This document shows positions 24,343-34,482 of a stretch of 34,482 nucleotides of DNA, in pieces. This stretch comes from Gemmatimonadales bacterium. Lineage in GTDB: Bacteria; Gemmatimonadota; Gemmatimonadetes; Gemmatimonadales; GWC2-71-9. A model generated the notes under the pieces. The model was not told the origin of the DNA, did no database searches, and worked only from the letters and a program-made list of their open reading frames with translations. Made by a program: the position numbers and the translations under genes. The stretch covers positions 1-34,482 of the forward strand of contig DASPKB010000218.1 in NCBI GenBank assembly GCA_035628315.1. The letters are read 5' to 3'. Within the stretch, counting starts at the first letter, position 1; each line of letters starts with the position of its first letter.

Positions 24343-25368
24343 ATGACCAAGCTCCAGATTACCACGCCCGAGGCGATCCCCGAGGAAAGCAGCGCCGATG
24401 CGGCACTGCGTCCCTCCAGGCTGGACGAGTTTGTCGGTCAGAGTCAGGTGAAGACCTCGCTTCAGATCGCGATCGACGCCGCGCGGGCGCGCCGGGAGCC
24501 ACTGGACCATACCCTCTTTTTCGGACCGCCCGGCCTCGGCAAGACCACTCTTGCGATGCTGATGGCGCGGGAGATGGGCGTGCAGCTCCGAACCACGTCG
24601 GGGCCAGTTCTGGAGAAGCCGGGTGATCTGGTAGGCCTCCTCACCTCGCTCGGTCCCGGGGACATGCTCTTCATCGACGAGATCCACCGGCTTCGGCCCG
24701 CGCTGGAAGAGTTCCTCTATGCGGCAATGGAAGACTTCCGGGTGGACGTGAGGATCGCGGAGGGGCCGAACGCCCAGACCATACCGATGAGCCTGGAGCG
24801 GTTTACCCTCGTCGGCGCCACCACCCGCTTCGGCCTTCTGACACCTCCAATGCGGGCGAGGTTCGGCATTGTTGAGCGCTTGAGCTTCTACCCCGCCGAC
24901 GAGCTCCAGCAGATCATTGCCCGATCCGCGGCTATTCTGGGCGTTCCCATCGACGGTCAGGGAGCCGAGGAGATTGCACGCCGCAGCCGGGGCACGCCGC
25001 GGGTAGCCAACCGGCTGCTTCGCCGGGTGCGGGACTATGCGGAGGTTCGCGCCGACGGGCGGATCACGGCGGAGGTTGCGGCGGCAGCGCTGGCCCGCCT
25101 GAACGTCGATGAGTTCGGGCTCGATGATATGGATGCCCGGATCCTGACCACGATCATCGAGAAGTTCGGCGGCGGGCCGGTTGGCCTGGGAACAGTCGCC
25201 ATCGCCGTCGGCGAGGATGCCGGCACCCTCCAGGACGTGTATGAGCCCTATCTGATTCAACAGGGCTTCCTGCAGCGCACTCAGCGGGGCCGCTGCGCCA
25301 CTGCCCTCGCGTATCGCCGGTTCGGTCTGACGCCGCCGGCGGTGCAGGCCACCATCTTTGACGCCTGA
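24343..25368 (+). CDS. ruvB: Holliday junction branch migration DNA helicase RuvB
   Basis: [12 protein letters not shown], Walker [10 protein letters not shown], Walker [42 protein letters not shown]. Confidence 0.97.
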   Translation: MTKLQITTPEAIPEESSADAALRPSRLDEFVGQSQVKTSLQIAIDAARARREPLDHTLFFGPPGLGKTTLAMLMAREMGVQLRTTSGPVLEKPGDLVGLLTSLGPGDMLFIDEIHRLRPALEEFLYAAMEDFRVDVRIAEGPNAQTIPMSLERFTLVGATTRFGLLTPPMRARFGIVERLSFYPADELQQIIARSAAILGVPIDGQGAEEIARRSRGTPRVANRLLRRVRDYAEVRADGRITAEVAAAALARLNVDEFGLDDMDARILTTIIEKFGGGPVGLGTVAIAVGEDAGTLQDVYEPYLIQQGFLQRTQRGRCATALAYRRFGLTPPAVQATIFDA

Positions 25369-26407
25369 GTTCACCCGCACCAGCGATTTCCAGTACGACC
25401 TTCCGACCGAGCTCATCGCGCAAGAACCGCTACCGGACCGAGGAGGAAGTCGTCTCCTTGTAGTGCGGCGCGGCACTCCTGCCGCTGAGCCGGTTCTGGA
25501 GGACTCTCGCTTCGACACCCTGCCCGCCTTGATCCCTCCAGGCGACCTCCTGGTGATCAACACGACTCGGGTGCGGCACGCTCGGCTGCTGGGCACCCGG
25601 GCTTCCGGTGGTCCAGCGGAAATTCTGCTGATCCATCCAGCTGTAGGGGACACCTGGGTTGCCATCGGGAAGCCCGGCAGCGCTTTGCGACCGGGCAAAC
25701 GAATAACCCTCGGTCCGGAAGCGTCGGTCGAAATTGTCGAGGTCTTGCCGAACGGCAATCGTTTGGTCCGGTTCCTTGGCACCAGCGCCGAGGAGGCCAT
25801 GCGCCGCTACGGACGGCTGCCCCTTCCGCCATATATCGATCGGGCTCCGGATCAGCGGGACGAGAGCCGATATCAGACCATTTACGCGCAGGCTGAAGGG
25901 AGCGTCGCGGCTCCTACCGCGGGACTCCATTTTACGCGCGAGCTCATCGAGCGGCTCGCCCGGGCAGGGGTGCACATCGAAGGTCTGGATCTACAGGTTG
26001 GGACCGGCACCTTCAAGCCCGTGGAGGTAGAAGATCCAACTCAGCACGAGATGCATCCCGAGCATTACATGATCTCACCGGAGCTGGCGCAGAGCATCGA
26101 TCGAGTCAAACAGGCCGGACGCAGCGTGTGGGCAGTTGGGACGACAGTTGTGAGGGCCCTGGAGAGCGCCGTCCGGGAAGATGGCACGATCCAGTCCGGT
26201 GAGGCCGAGACCACGCTCATGATCCTGCCCGGTTACCGGTTCAGGGTAGTCGACCGGTTGATAACGAACTTTCACCTACCCCGGTCGACCCTGCTGATGC
26301 TGGTTTGCGCGTTTGCGGATCGAGAGCTTGTGCTGGCGGCCTACCAGCACGCCGTAGCCGCCAGGTACCGTTTCTATTCTTACGGTGATGCCATGGTGAT
26401 TATCTGA
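25358..26407 (+). CDS. queA: tRNA preQ1(34) S-adenosylmethionine ribosyltransferase-isomerase
   Basis: [77 protein letters not shown] start overlaps the ruvB 3' end. Confidence 0.93.
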   Translation: MTPEFTRTSDFQYDLPTELIAQEPLPDRGGSRLLVVRRGTPAAEPVLEDSRFDTLPALIPPGDLLVINTTRVRHARLLGTRASGGPAEILLIHPAVGDTWVAIGKPGSALRPGKRITLGPEASVEIVEVLPNGNRLVRFLGTSAEEAMRRYGRLPLPPYIDRAPDQRDESRYQTIYAQAEGSVAAPTAGLHFTRELIERLARAGVHIEGLDLQVGTGTFKPVEVEDPTQHEMHPEHYMISPELAQSIDRVKQAGRSVWAVGTTVVRALESAVREDGTIQSGEAETTLMILPGYRFRVVDRLITNFHLPRSTLLMLVCAFADRELVLAAYQHAVAARYRFYSYGDAMVII

Positions 26408-26420
26408 CCTGGGCCAGCTG

Positions 26421-28108
<1,688 letters not shown>

Positions 28109-28111
28109 GGA

Positions 28112-28444
28112 ATGCTACAGACCGGTTCGGGAGGCGGTGGCTTTACCATCCTGCTGCTGCAAATGGCGGCGATTGGACTGGTGTTCTACTTCCTGATTCT
28201 GCGTCCGTCCGGCCAGGCCCGTAAGCGGCACGCCGAGCTGCTGACCAGGTTGAAAAAAGGCGATGAAGTCCTGACCAGCGGCGGCATCATTGGCCGGGTC
28301 CGAGAGATCAAAGAGGTGGAAGGCGATGGGCTCAAGGAGGTAAGAGTTACCATCGAGAGTGGCACCTCAACAGTTGTCGTCGAGCGGTCTCGAATCATTC
28401 GGGTGGGCAACAGCTCCGCAGCCAGCGGCCCCGCACCCGCATGA
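28112..28444 (+). CDS. yajC: Preprotein translocase subunit YajC
   Basis: Single TM followed by FYFLILRPSGQARKRHAELLTRLKKGDEVLTSGGIIGRV. Confidence 0.9.
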   Translation: MLQTGSGGGGFTILLLQMAAIGLVFYFLILRPSGQARKRHAELLTRLKKGDEVLTSGGIIGRVREIKEVEGDGLKEVRVTIESGTSTVVVERSRIIRVGNSSAASGPAPA

Positions 28445-28977
28445 GCCTGCTCCCGATTCACCTGTTGGGGTCTCCCGTCCTGCGCCAGCATAGCGTCGAA
28501 GTGCCGGCGGTCGACGACGAAGTCCGCCGGTTAATTGCTGACATGTTCGAGACGATGGATGCTGCGAAGGGCATCGGACTCGCCGCCAACCAGGTAGGGG
28601 CCGCGCGGCGCGTGGCGGTGATCGGGGTGGACGATGAGCGCTTCGCACTGATCAATCCACGGATCATAGAAACCGAAGGCCGGGAGACGGCGGAGGAAGG
28701 CTGTCTCTCGATACCGGAAATTTACGCGGACGTCAGCCGGCCGGAGCGCATAGTGGTCGAGGCCCTCGATGCAGACGGAGCTTTGTTTCGCCGAGAAGCG
28801 ACCGGCCTGCTGGCACGCGCCATCCAGCACGAGATCGATCATCTCGACGGCATCCTCTTTCTCGATCATCTCAGCCTGATAAAGCGGCAGATGCTACTGG
28901 CCAAGTGGCGCCGGGAGCACAGGGACGATGCGGCTCTCACTCGAGAGGTGTCCGGAGCATCTACCCGGTCGGGGTAA
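28441..28977 (+). CDS. def: Peptide deformylase
   Basis: All three PDF motifs are present: GIGLAANQVG, EGCLSIP, HEIDHLDG. Confidence 0.97.
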   Translation: MSLLPIHLLGSPVLRQHSVEVPAVDDEVRRLIADMFETMDAAKGIGLAANQVGAARRVAVIGVDDERFALINPRIIETEGRETAEEGCLSIPEIYADVSRPERIVVEALDADGALFRREATGLLARAIQHEIDHLDGILFLDHLSLIKRQMLLAKWRREHRDDAALTREVSGASTRSG

Positions 28978-29900
28978 TGCGCATCGTCTTCTTCGGGACG
29001 CCCGAATTCGCCGTGGCATCCTTGCAGGCGCTCATCAAGAGCCGGTTCTCTGTCACCGGTGTGGTCACCCAGCCGGACAAGCCCCAAGGCCGGTCCCGCT
29101 CCGAGCTGGTCCCTCCCCCGATCAAGGTAGCAGCCCAGTCCGCAGGCATCCCGGTGCTTCAGCCGGTGCGTCCGGTGGGAGACGTGTTCACCACCAGTCT
29201 GCGCCGTCTGGAACCGGAGCTCGGCGTAGTAGTTGCTTACGGCCACATTCTCCGGCCGGAAGTCCTCTCGATTCCACCCCGTGGCATGATCAACGTGCAT
29301 GCGTCCCTGCTGCCCCGATATCGAGGCGCTGCACCCATCCAGCACGCAATCCTGCGGGGTGAAACCGAAACTGGCGTCAGCATCATGCAGATGGAGGCTG
29401 GGCTGGACAGCGGACCCGTACTTCACCGGGTTGCAACCCGGATCGAGCCAGACGAAACTGCCGGCGAGCTGACTACCCGGCTCTCTGTGCTGGGCGCAGC
29501 GAGCTTGATCGAGGCGTTATCCCTGATTTCGGGAGGACTCGCCAGGGCACAGCCGCAGGACCACAGCCGCGCTACCTACGCGCCCAAGATCGACCGGGAG
29601 GCGGCCCGGCTGGCGTGGGAGCGCGATGCCACCACTCTCGTGCGACAAGTCCGCGCCTTCGACCCGGCACCAGGAGCGTGGGCCATCCTGAATGGAGGCA
29701 CGCTCAAGGTGTTCGGCGCACGGAAGGTTCCCGGCAGTGGAGAACCCGGCACTGTGCTCGCCGCTGGCGAGCGGCTGGTGGTGGCCGCCGGTCAGGACGC
29801 AGTCGCCATTCGGGAAGTTCAGCCTGCCGGCAAAACCAGAATTCCAGTGGCGGCATGGGTGAGGGGACGGGGCATTGCTTTGGGACAACGCCTGAAGTGA
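28977..29900 (+). CDS. fmt: Methionyl-tRNA formyltransferase
   Basis: MRIVFFGTPEFAVASL, VVTQPDKPQGR, NVHASLLPRYRGAAPIQ, and the C-terminal domain. ATG 28977 overlaps the def TAA by 1 nt. Confidence 0.95.
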   Translation: MRIVFFGTPEFAVASLQALIKSRFSVTGVVTQPDKPQGRSRSELVPPPIKVAAQSAGIPVLQPVRPVGDVFTTSLRRLEPELGVVVAYGHILRPEVLSIPPRGMINVHASLLPRYRGAAPIQHAILRGETETGVSIMQMEAGLDSGPVLHRVATRIEPDETAGELTTRLSVLGAASLIEALSLISGGLARAQPQDHSRATYAPKIDREAARLAWERDATTLVRQVRAFDPAPGAWAILNGGTLKVFGARKVPGSGEPGTVLAAGERLVVAAGQDAVAIREVQPAGKTRIPVAAWVRGRGIALGQRLK

Positions 29901-30514
29901 GGCCCCTCCCCCGTCTGCATGCCGTGACCACCAGCGCGCTCTTATCGCACCCTGAGCTGGGAATCCGAGCCGCGGCAATAGCTGCCGCGGGGTCGGCGAT
30001 CGCGTTGCACGCTCGAGCCCGGGAATCTGCCGGCGCTTTCCTGGCAGCCGCTGCCCAGCGGCTGCTCTCGCTGGCTCGGCCTCCTGGGGCCGCCGTTATC
30101 GTAAACGCCCGCACCGATGTAGCAGCGGCGGTTGGGGCACACGGGGTTCAGCTCGCGCGAGCCGATCTCGCCCCTCCTGATGTCAGACAACTGTTTTCTG
30201 GCTGGATCGGGTGCTCGGTGCACAGCGTTGAGGAGGCAGCGATTGCGGCTACCGAAGGAGCAGACTTCCTCATGGTCGGTAACGTGTACGAGACTGCGTC
30301 GCATCCCGGCCGACCGGGAGCGGGCCTGGACTTGGTTCGTCGCACCAGCCGCATAGGCGTACCGGTCATCGCCATCGGAGGCATAACAGCCGACCGGGCC
30401 GTAGAAGTCCGGGACGCCGGCGGCTACGGTGTTGCGGCCATCCGAGCCTTGTGGGAATCCGCAGATCCTGCCGCTGCCGCGATGCAATTCCTTCAACCCT
30501 GGGCCGACCAGTGA
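29897..30514 (+). CDS. thiE: Thiamine-phosphate synthase
   Basis: VNARTDVAAAVGAHGVQLARADL, GCSVHS, ADFLMVGNVYETASHPG, PVIAIGGI. GTG 29897 forms a GTGA overlap with the fmt stop. Start is less certain than the frame. Confidence 0.8.
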   Translation: MRPLPRLHAVTTSALLSHPELGIRAAAIAAAGSAIALHARARESAGAFLAAAAQRLLSLARPPGAAVIVNARTDVAAAVGAHGVQLARADLAPPDVRQLFSGWIGCSVHSVEEAAIAATEGADFLMVGNVYETASHPGRPGAGLDLVRRTSRIGVPVIAIGGITADRAVEVRDAGGYGVAAIRALWESADPAAAAMQFLQPWADQ

Positions 30515-30720
30515 CTGAGCTTGCCATCACTGTCAACGGCGAGCCGCGACGGATTACAGGCCCGGCAACGGTAGCCGATCTGCTGCGGAAGCTGCAGCTG
30601 GATCCTCGCACGGTTGTTGTCGAGCTCAACCGGCAAATCATCCGGCGCGCCGTGCTGGGTGAGACGAAGCTCGGCGATGGGGATGCCGTCGAGCTGGTCC
30701 ACTTCGTCGGGGGCGGGTGA
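30511..30720 (+). CDS. thiS: Sulfur carrier protein ThiS
   Basis: 69 aa, ITVNGEPRRI...VELNRQIIRR...GDAVELVHFVGGG with the C-terminal Gly-Gly. GTGA overlap with thiE. Confidence 0.85.
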   Translation: MTELAITVNGEPRRITGPATVADLLRKLQLDPRTVVVELNRQIIRRAVLGETKLGDGDAVELVHFVGGG

Positions 30721-31535
30721 GCTTATCTTTCGATATGACTACGATTCCCGTCGAGACCTTTACCGACACGCCGCTTTCTATAGGCGGCCGCCAGTTCCGC
30801 TCTCGCCTCATGGTCGGCACCGGGAAGTACCGCGACAACGCGGTAATGGCCCGCGCTCTCGAGGCATCTGGTGCCGATATCGTGACCGTGGCGGTTCGCC
30901 GGGTCGACCTCGATCGGACCAGGGAGGAAGGTATCCTCTACCACCTCCGGCCCGAGGATTACTTCCTGCTGGCCAATACCGCCGGGTGTTACACGGCGGA
31001 GGAGGCTATACGCTATGCGCGACTGGCCCGGGAAGCCGGCTTTAACGAATTCATCAAGCTTGAAGTCATCGGCGACCGGGACACCCTGCTTCCCGACACC
31101 GAAGGCTTGCTGACCGCCGCTCGCCAGCTCACCAAGGAAGGCTTCGTGGTGCTGGCTTATACCAACGACGATCTCGTTACCGCGCTCCGGCTCGAGCAGG
31201 CCGGCTGTGCCGCCGTGATGCCACTGGCGTCTCCGATCGGCAGCGGTTTGGGATTGCTGAACCCCTACAGCATCCGCACGATCAAGAGCAGGCTCAGCGT
31301 CCCGGTTATTGTGGATGCGGGAGTGGGAACGGCCTCGGATGCCTGCCTTACCATGGAGCAGGGTGTGGACGGAATCCTGATGAATACCGCACTTGCCGAA
31401 GCCAGCGACCCGGTTGCGATGGCTACGGCGATGCGGCTCGCGGTTGACGCGGGTCGGCTCGCCTTCCTCGCCGGGCGCATGCCTCGCCGTGAGATCGCGG
31501 TACCGTCGAGCCCGGTGCGAGGCATGTTGGGATAG
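30717..31535 (+). CDS. thiG: Thiazole synthase
   Basis: SRLMVGTGKY, IKLEVIGD (Schiff-base Lys), VMPLASPIGSGLG, PVIVDAGVGTASDA, DGILMNTA. Confidence 0.95.
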   Translation: MSLSFDMTTIPVETFTDTPLSIGGRQFRSRLMVGTGKYRDNAVMARALEASGADIVTVAVRRVDLDRTREEGILYHLRPEDYFLLANTAGCYTAEEAIRYARLAREAGFNEFIKLEVIGDRDTLLPDTEGLLTAARQLTKEGFVVLAYTNDDLVTALRLEQAGCAAVMPLASPIGSGLGLLNPYSIRTIKSRLSVPVIVDAGVGTASDACLTMEQGVDGILMNTALAEASDPVAMATAMRLAVDAGRLAFLAGRMPRREIAVPSSPVRGMLG

Positions 31536-31542
31536 ATCAGGC

Positions 31543-32841
31543 GTGTCGGTTGGATTAAAGCCGCGCCGTGCGGCCCTGAACATCCTGAGACATGTACGAG
31601 GCGGACAGCCATTCGAGGCGGCACTCTCGGACGGAGTGAGCCGCTTGCCCGAGCCGGATCGTCGGCTGGCCCACGAGCTTGCGGCCGGAGTGCTGCGTCA
31701 GCGGACAACTCTCGATCGGCAGCTCGCCTCGCTCGTGCCCCGCGGTTGGGAGGCAGTGGGGGCGGACCTCCAGGATATTCTGCGACTGGGGGCGTACCAG
31801 CTCACCGAGCTCGAAAGAGTGCCGGCCCACGCAGCGGTAAACACGAGCGTTGCTCTGGCAAAGCACACAGCGGGCAGCCGGGCAGCCGGGTTTGTCAACG
31901 CCGTGCTGCGGAAGCTGACCCGCTCAGCTCCCATTGTCGATATTGAGTCCGCGGTGGCGCCGGGAGCGCTGGCGGATAAGTATTCCCACCCGATGTGGCT
32001 GGTGAGCCGCTGGGTGGAAATCTTCGGAGTTGAACAAACCGAGGCTCTGCTCCGGTGGAACAATACCCGGCCGCGGCTCGTGGCTCAGGCAGCCCGCGAA
32101 GATTTGCAGGAGCTGGAGGTCCGCTGGCGATCCGCTGGTATCACAGTTACACCGGCGCCCTTTGGTGCAGGACTTGTGCTGGATGGCGTACGGCCTTCCG
32201 AGTTGCCGGGATACCAGGAGGGCCACTTTATCATCCAGGATCCCGCTCAGGCGCTGCTGGTCCAATTCATAGACCCGCCCCGCCAAGCGATTCTGTACGA
32301 TGCCTGCGCCGCACCAGGTGGTAAGACTATCGCGCTGGGGCGGCGGGTTGCCCGAACGGTGGCGGGAGAGGTTCAGCGTGCCCGAGGACGCCGTCTGGCC
32401 GAGAATCTGACGCGCGCTGGAAGCGGGCGGGAACACGCAGTAATTGCGGATGCCAGGAAGCCTCCAGTGCGGGTTCTGGATATCGTGCTTCTCGATGCGC
32501 CGTGTATGGGAACGGGAACCTTCGCTCGTCATCCCGATGCCCGATGGCGGGTGAGCATGGACGCGCTCACCCGAATCCAGCGATTACAGGGTGATCTGCT
32601 GGAGAGCACTGCGCAGGTCGTCGCGCCCAATGGACTACTGGTATACTCGACGTGCTCAGTCGAGCCGGAGGAAAACCAGATGCAAGTGGACGCCTTTCTG
32701 CGCCGCCACCCTGAGTTCGAGCGAGACTCAGCCGGGCATATCGATCCGGCCTTGCTTTCCCCCCGCGGCGACCTGACTATCCTGCCGCAGCGGCACGGAA
32801 TGGATGGCGCGTACGCGGCGCGGCTCAGGAGGATCGGATGA
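31543..32841 (+). CDS. rsmB: 16S rRNA (cytosine967-C5)-methyltransferase RsmB/Sun
   Basis: NusB-like N-terminal domain (RRAALNILRHV...RLAHELAAGVLRQ), FIIQDPAQAL, DACAAPGGKT, LLDAPCMGTGTF, LVYSTCSVEPEEN. GTG 31543 is the first in-frame start after the thiG stop. Confidence 0.88.
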   Translation: MSVGLKPRRAALNILRHVRGGQPFEAALSDGVSRLPEPDRRLAHELAAGVLRQRTTLDRQLASLVPRGWEAVGADLQDILRLGAYQLTELERVPAHAAVNTSVALAKHTAGSRAAGFVNAVLRKLTRSAPIVDIESAVAPGALADKYSHPMWLVSRWVEIFGVEQTEALLRWNNTRPRLVAQAAREDLQELEVRWRSAGITVTPAPFGAGLVLDGVRPSELPGYQEGHFIIQDPAQALLVQFIDPPRQAILYDACAAPGGKTIALGRRVARTVAGEVQRARGRRLAENLTRAGSGREHAVIADARKPPVRVLDIVLLDAPCMGTGTFARHPDARWRVSMDALTRIQRLQGDLLESTAQVVAPNGLLVYSTCSVEPEENQMQVDAFLRRHPEFERDSAGHIDPALLSPRGDLTILPQRHGMDGAYAARLRRIG

Positions 32842-33410
32842 GGGCCCGGCGCCACGTCAGCTCGGGCGTGCCTCTCTTCCAGTCCGGACCAGGTCGCGCC
32901 TTCCTGCGAGACATGGGGCTGGTGGTCGGCACCTTCGTCATTGGGTACGGCATTTCCGCGCTCTGGATCTCGCCCGGATCGGTGTTCAGCAAGGACCACT
33001 CGCTGCCGCGGGTACTGGAAATGCCGGAGGCCAAGGCGCGACAACAGCTGACTGAGCTCGGCTTCCGGCCGCGGCTCGATGGTGAGCGCCCGCATGAAGT
33101 CTTTCCCGCCGGCACCGTCATCTGGCAGGATCCTCCACCCGGCACCGTGCTGCAGCCGAACAGCGTGGTGCAGCTCGTGCTAAGCTCCGGCCCCGCGATG
33201 GTAGTGGTCCCGGACGTCATCGGTTTCAACGTGCCGCAGGCACGTACCGTGCTGACGGCAGCGGGGATGCGAGTTGGCACGGTCGATTCTGGCGCCGCGG
33301 GTCAGGAGGCAGGCGTGGTGCTGGCTACCCGCCCGTCGGCCGGAGTGGGCAGACCGAGAGGATCAGCAGTCGCGCTGGTGGTGAGTCGCGGCCCAGAGGA
33401 GACGCCATGA
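32838..33410 (+). CDS. Membrane-anchored protein with two PASTA domains and no kinase or transpeptidase domain
   Basis: Short basic N-terminal tail and TM GLVVGTFVIGYGISALWI. PASTA 1 is LPRVLEMPEAKARQQLTELGF...VIWQDPPPGTVLQPNSVVQLVLSSG. PASTA 2 is VVPDVIGFNVPQARTVLTAAGM...RPSAGVGRPRGSAVALVVSRG. ATGA overlaps at both ends. Confidence 0.8.
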   Translation: MRARRHVSSGVPLFQSGPGRAFLRDMGLVVGTFVIGYGISALWISPGSVFSKDHSLPRVLEMPEAKARQQLTELGFRPRLDGERPHEVFPAGTVIWQDPPPGTVLQPNSVVQLVLSSGPAMVVVPDVIGFNVPQARTVLTAAGMRVGTVDSGAAGQEAGVVLATRPSAGVGRPRGSAVALVVSRGPEETP

Positions 33411-34072
33411 GCGTGAGAATTGCGCCTAGTGTGTTGAGCGCCGACTTGGGGCGGCTCAAGGAGCAGCTCGACGCCGCGGTTTCCGGCGGGGCCGACTGGA
33501 TTCACGTGGATGTCATGGACGGCCATTTTGTCCCGAACCTGACGTTCGGCGCACCTCTCATCCGCGCTCTCAGGAAGCTGACTGACCGCCCACTCGATGT
33601 ACATCTCATGGTGGAGCGCCCCGAGCACTACCTGGTGGAATTTGCCGAGGCCGGCGCCGCAGTTTTCACCTTCCATCCCGAAGCCACGGTTCACGTGCAA
33701 CGGCACCTGGCGTCGGCGCGGGAGCTGGGCATGCGGGCCGGCCTCGCGCTCAACCCGTCGACTCCGATCGCGGTACTCCAGGAGGTGCTTGACGACGTAG
33801 ACCTGGTGCTGATCATGTCAGTCAATCCCGGCTTCGGTGGCCAGACTTACCTGCCGCAGGCTACCGACAAAATTCGCCGGGTTCGCGGCCTACTGGATCA
33901 ACACGGCTCACGGGCCGCGCTGGAGGTGGACGGAGGAATCACAGTGGAAACGATTGCGGAGGCGTGGAGTGCCGGTGCTGATACGTTCGTAGCCGGCACC
34001 TCCGTATTCGGCACGCCCGATCCGGCCCAGGCTGTTCGGAACTTGACCCGGCAATGCGCCGTGCGGGTGTAG
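33407..34072 (+). CDS. rpe: Ribulose-phosphate 3-epimerase
   Basis: IAPSVLSADLGRL, WIHVDVMDGHFVPNLTFG, DVHLMV, MSVNPGFGGQ, EVDGGI. Confidence 0.96.
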   Translation: MSVRIAPSVLSADLGRLKEQLDAAVSGGADWIHVDVMDGHFVPNLTFGAPLIRALRKLTDRPLDVHLMVERPEHYLVEFAEAGAAVFTFHPEATVHVQRHLASARELGMRAGLALNPSTPIAVLQEVLDDVDLVLIMSVNPGFGGQTYLPQATDKIRRVRGLLDQHGSRAALEVDGGITVETIAEAWSAGADTFVAGTSVFGTPDPAQAVRNLTRQCAVRV

Positions 34073-34075
34073 CCA

Positions 34076-34482
34076 ATGAAGCAGTGGAAGCTGGTAGCTC
34101 TGCTGGTGGGGATTCTGGTTCTCGGTGCAGCTGCGCTGGCGCGCCTTGGCGGCACGGTCGAGGGTCTGAGCGTCGGCAAGAAAGCTCCCGACTTCCAGGC
34201 CGTTGATTTGGCGAGCGGAGACACTGTCTCCCTGCGGGAACGGTATCAAGGCTACGTCACCCTCCTCAATATCTGGGCGACGTGGTGTGGGCCCTGCCGG
34301 GTTGAAATGCCAAGTATGGAGCAGGCCTACCAGTCGCTCGCCCCGGAAGGTTTCAGGATTGCTGCCGTGAGCATCGATGAGGGCAACTCCGAGGACGTTC
34401 GTGCGTTCGGGCAGGACCTGGGCCTGAGCTTCGACCTGCCCGAACGCACGAACGTCCTCGGAGTTGCCCTCATCGATGCTCA
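34076..34482 (+). CDS. TlpA/ResA-like thiol:disulfide oxidoreductase (thioredoxin fold), partial; the 3' part is probably corrupted by the terminal fold-back repeat
   Basis: Absent from the ORF track because there is no stop. Reads MKQWKLVALLVGILVLGAAALA (signal anchor), KAPDFQAVDL, LLNIWATWCGPCRVEMP (CxxC). Sequence after ~34434 is the reverse complement of 34368-34415. Confidence 0.75.
   Translation, partial: MKQWKLVALLVGILVLGAAALARLGGTVEGLSVGKKAPDFQAVDLASGDTVSLRERYQGYVTLLNIWATWCGPCRVEMPSMEQAYQSLAPEGFRIAAVSIDEGNSEDVRAFGQDLGLSFDLPERTNVLGVALIDA
34368..34482. repeat. Perfect 48-bp inverted repeat (arms 34368-34415 and 34435-34482, 19-nt loop) ending exactly at the window edge
   Basis: Base-by-base check: the reverse complement of 34435-34482 equals 34368-34415 (tgagcatcgatgagggcaactccgaggacgttcgtgcgttcgggcagg). 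It lies inside the tlpA-like reading frame. Confidence 0.95.

Noticed and set aside
24292-25800. 502-aa minus-strand ORF, the longest unexplained ORF in the track
   Set aside because: It lies exactly antisense to ruvB and the 5' part of queA, both of which have unmistakable motifs. Its translation is Arg/Pro/Gly/Ala-rich low-complexity text, typical of stop-codon-poor antisense frames in GC-rich DNA.
29750-29900. Expected TPP riboswitch upstream of thiE
   Set aside because: The region is entirely fmt coding sequence, the thiE start overlaps the fmt stop, and no THI-box-like conserved segment was visible. This needs a covariance-model scan to be definitive.

Overview
GC-rich bacterial chromosomal segment. 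An MsbA-type exporter, a GT9 heptosyltransferase and a lipobox lipoprotein point to a diderm. Codon position 3 is strongly G/C-biased, so there are many long spurious antisense ORFs. I recognised no rRNA, tRNA, CRISPR array, transposase or integrase. Layout: (i) 1-2559, divergent class A PBP (partial, missing from the ORF track because it runs off the edge) and tyrS. (ii) 2507-6786, a stop/start-coupled minus-strand operon of odd composition: lone OppC-type permease, class V PLP enzyme, DUF853/HerA-like ATPase, FkbM methyltransferase. (iii) 6931-7992, a patatin-like lipase fused to a C-terminal 4Fe-4S ferredoxin module. (iv) 7961-20375, an envelope-glycan island with 8 glycosyltransferases (5 GT4, 1 CgeB-like, 1 GT2, 1 GT9), a SAM methyltransferase, an MsbA-type ABC exporter and a PorX-type REC-PglZ response regulator coupled to that exporter. 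(v) 20372-22152, a helical hypothetical protein, a DnaB-like ATPase lacking the N-terminal domain, and a lipoprotein. (vi) 22273-34482, about 12 kb of co-directional, mostly overlapping housekeeping genes: yebC-ruvC-ruvA-(58-aa zinc-ribbon ORF)-ruvB-queA-dinB-tgt-yajC-def-fmt-thiE-thiS-thiG-rsmB-PASTA-rpe-tlpA (partial). I see no canonical defence or mobile system. The best candidates for something undescribed are the REC-PglZ/MsbA pair, the patatin-ferredoxin fusion, the possible split DnaB-like pair and the OppC/PLP/DUF853/FkbM operon. Other notable points are a recurrent leaderless-promoter architecture, a kinase-less PASTA protein at the PrkC position, and a perfect 48-bp fold-back repeat ending exactly at the right edge, which is probably an assembly artefact. 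All calls rest on by-eye motif recognition; no database search was run.
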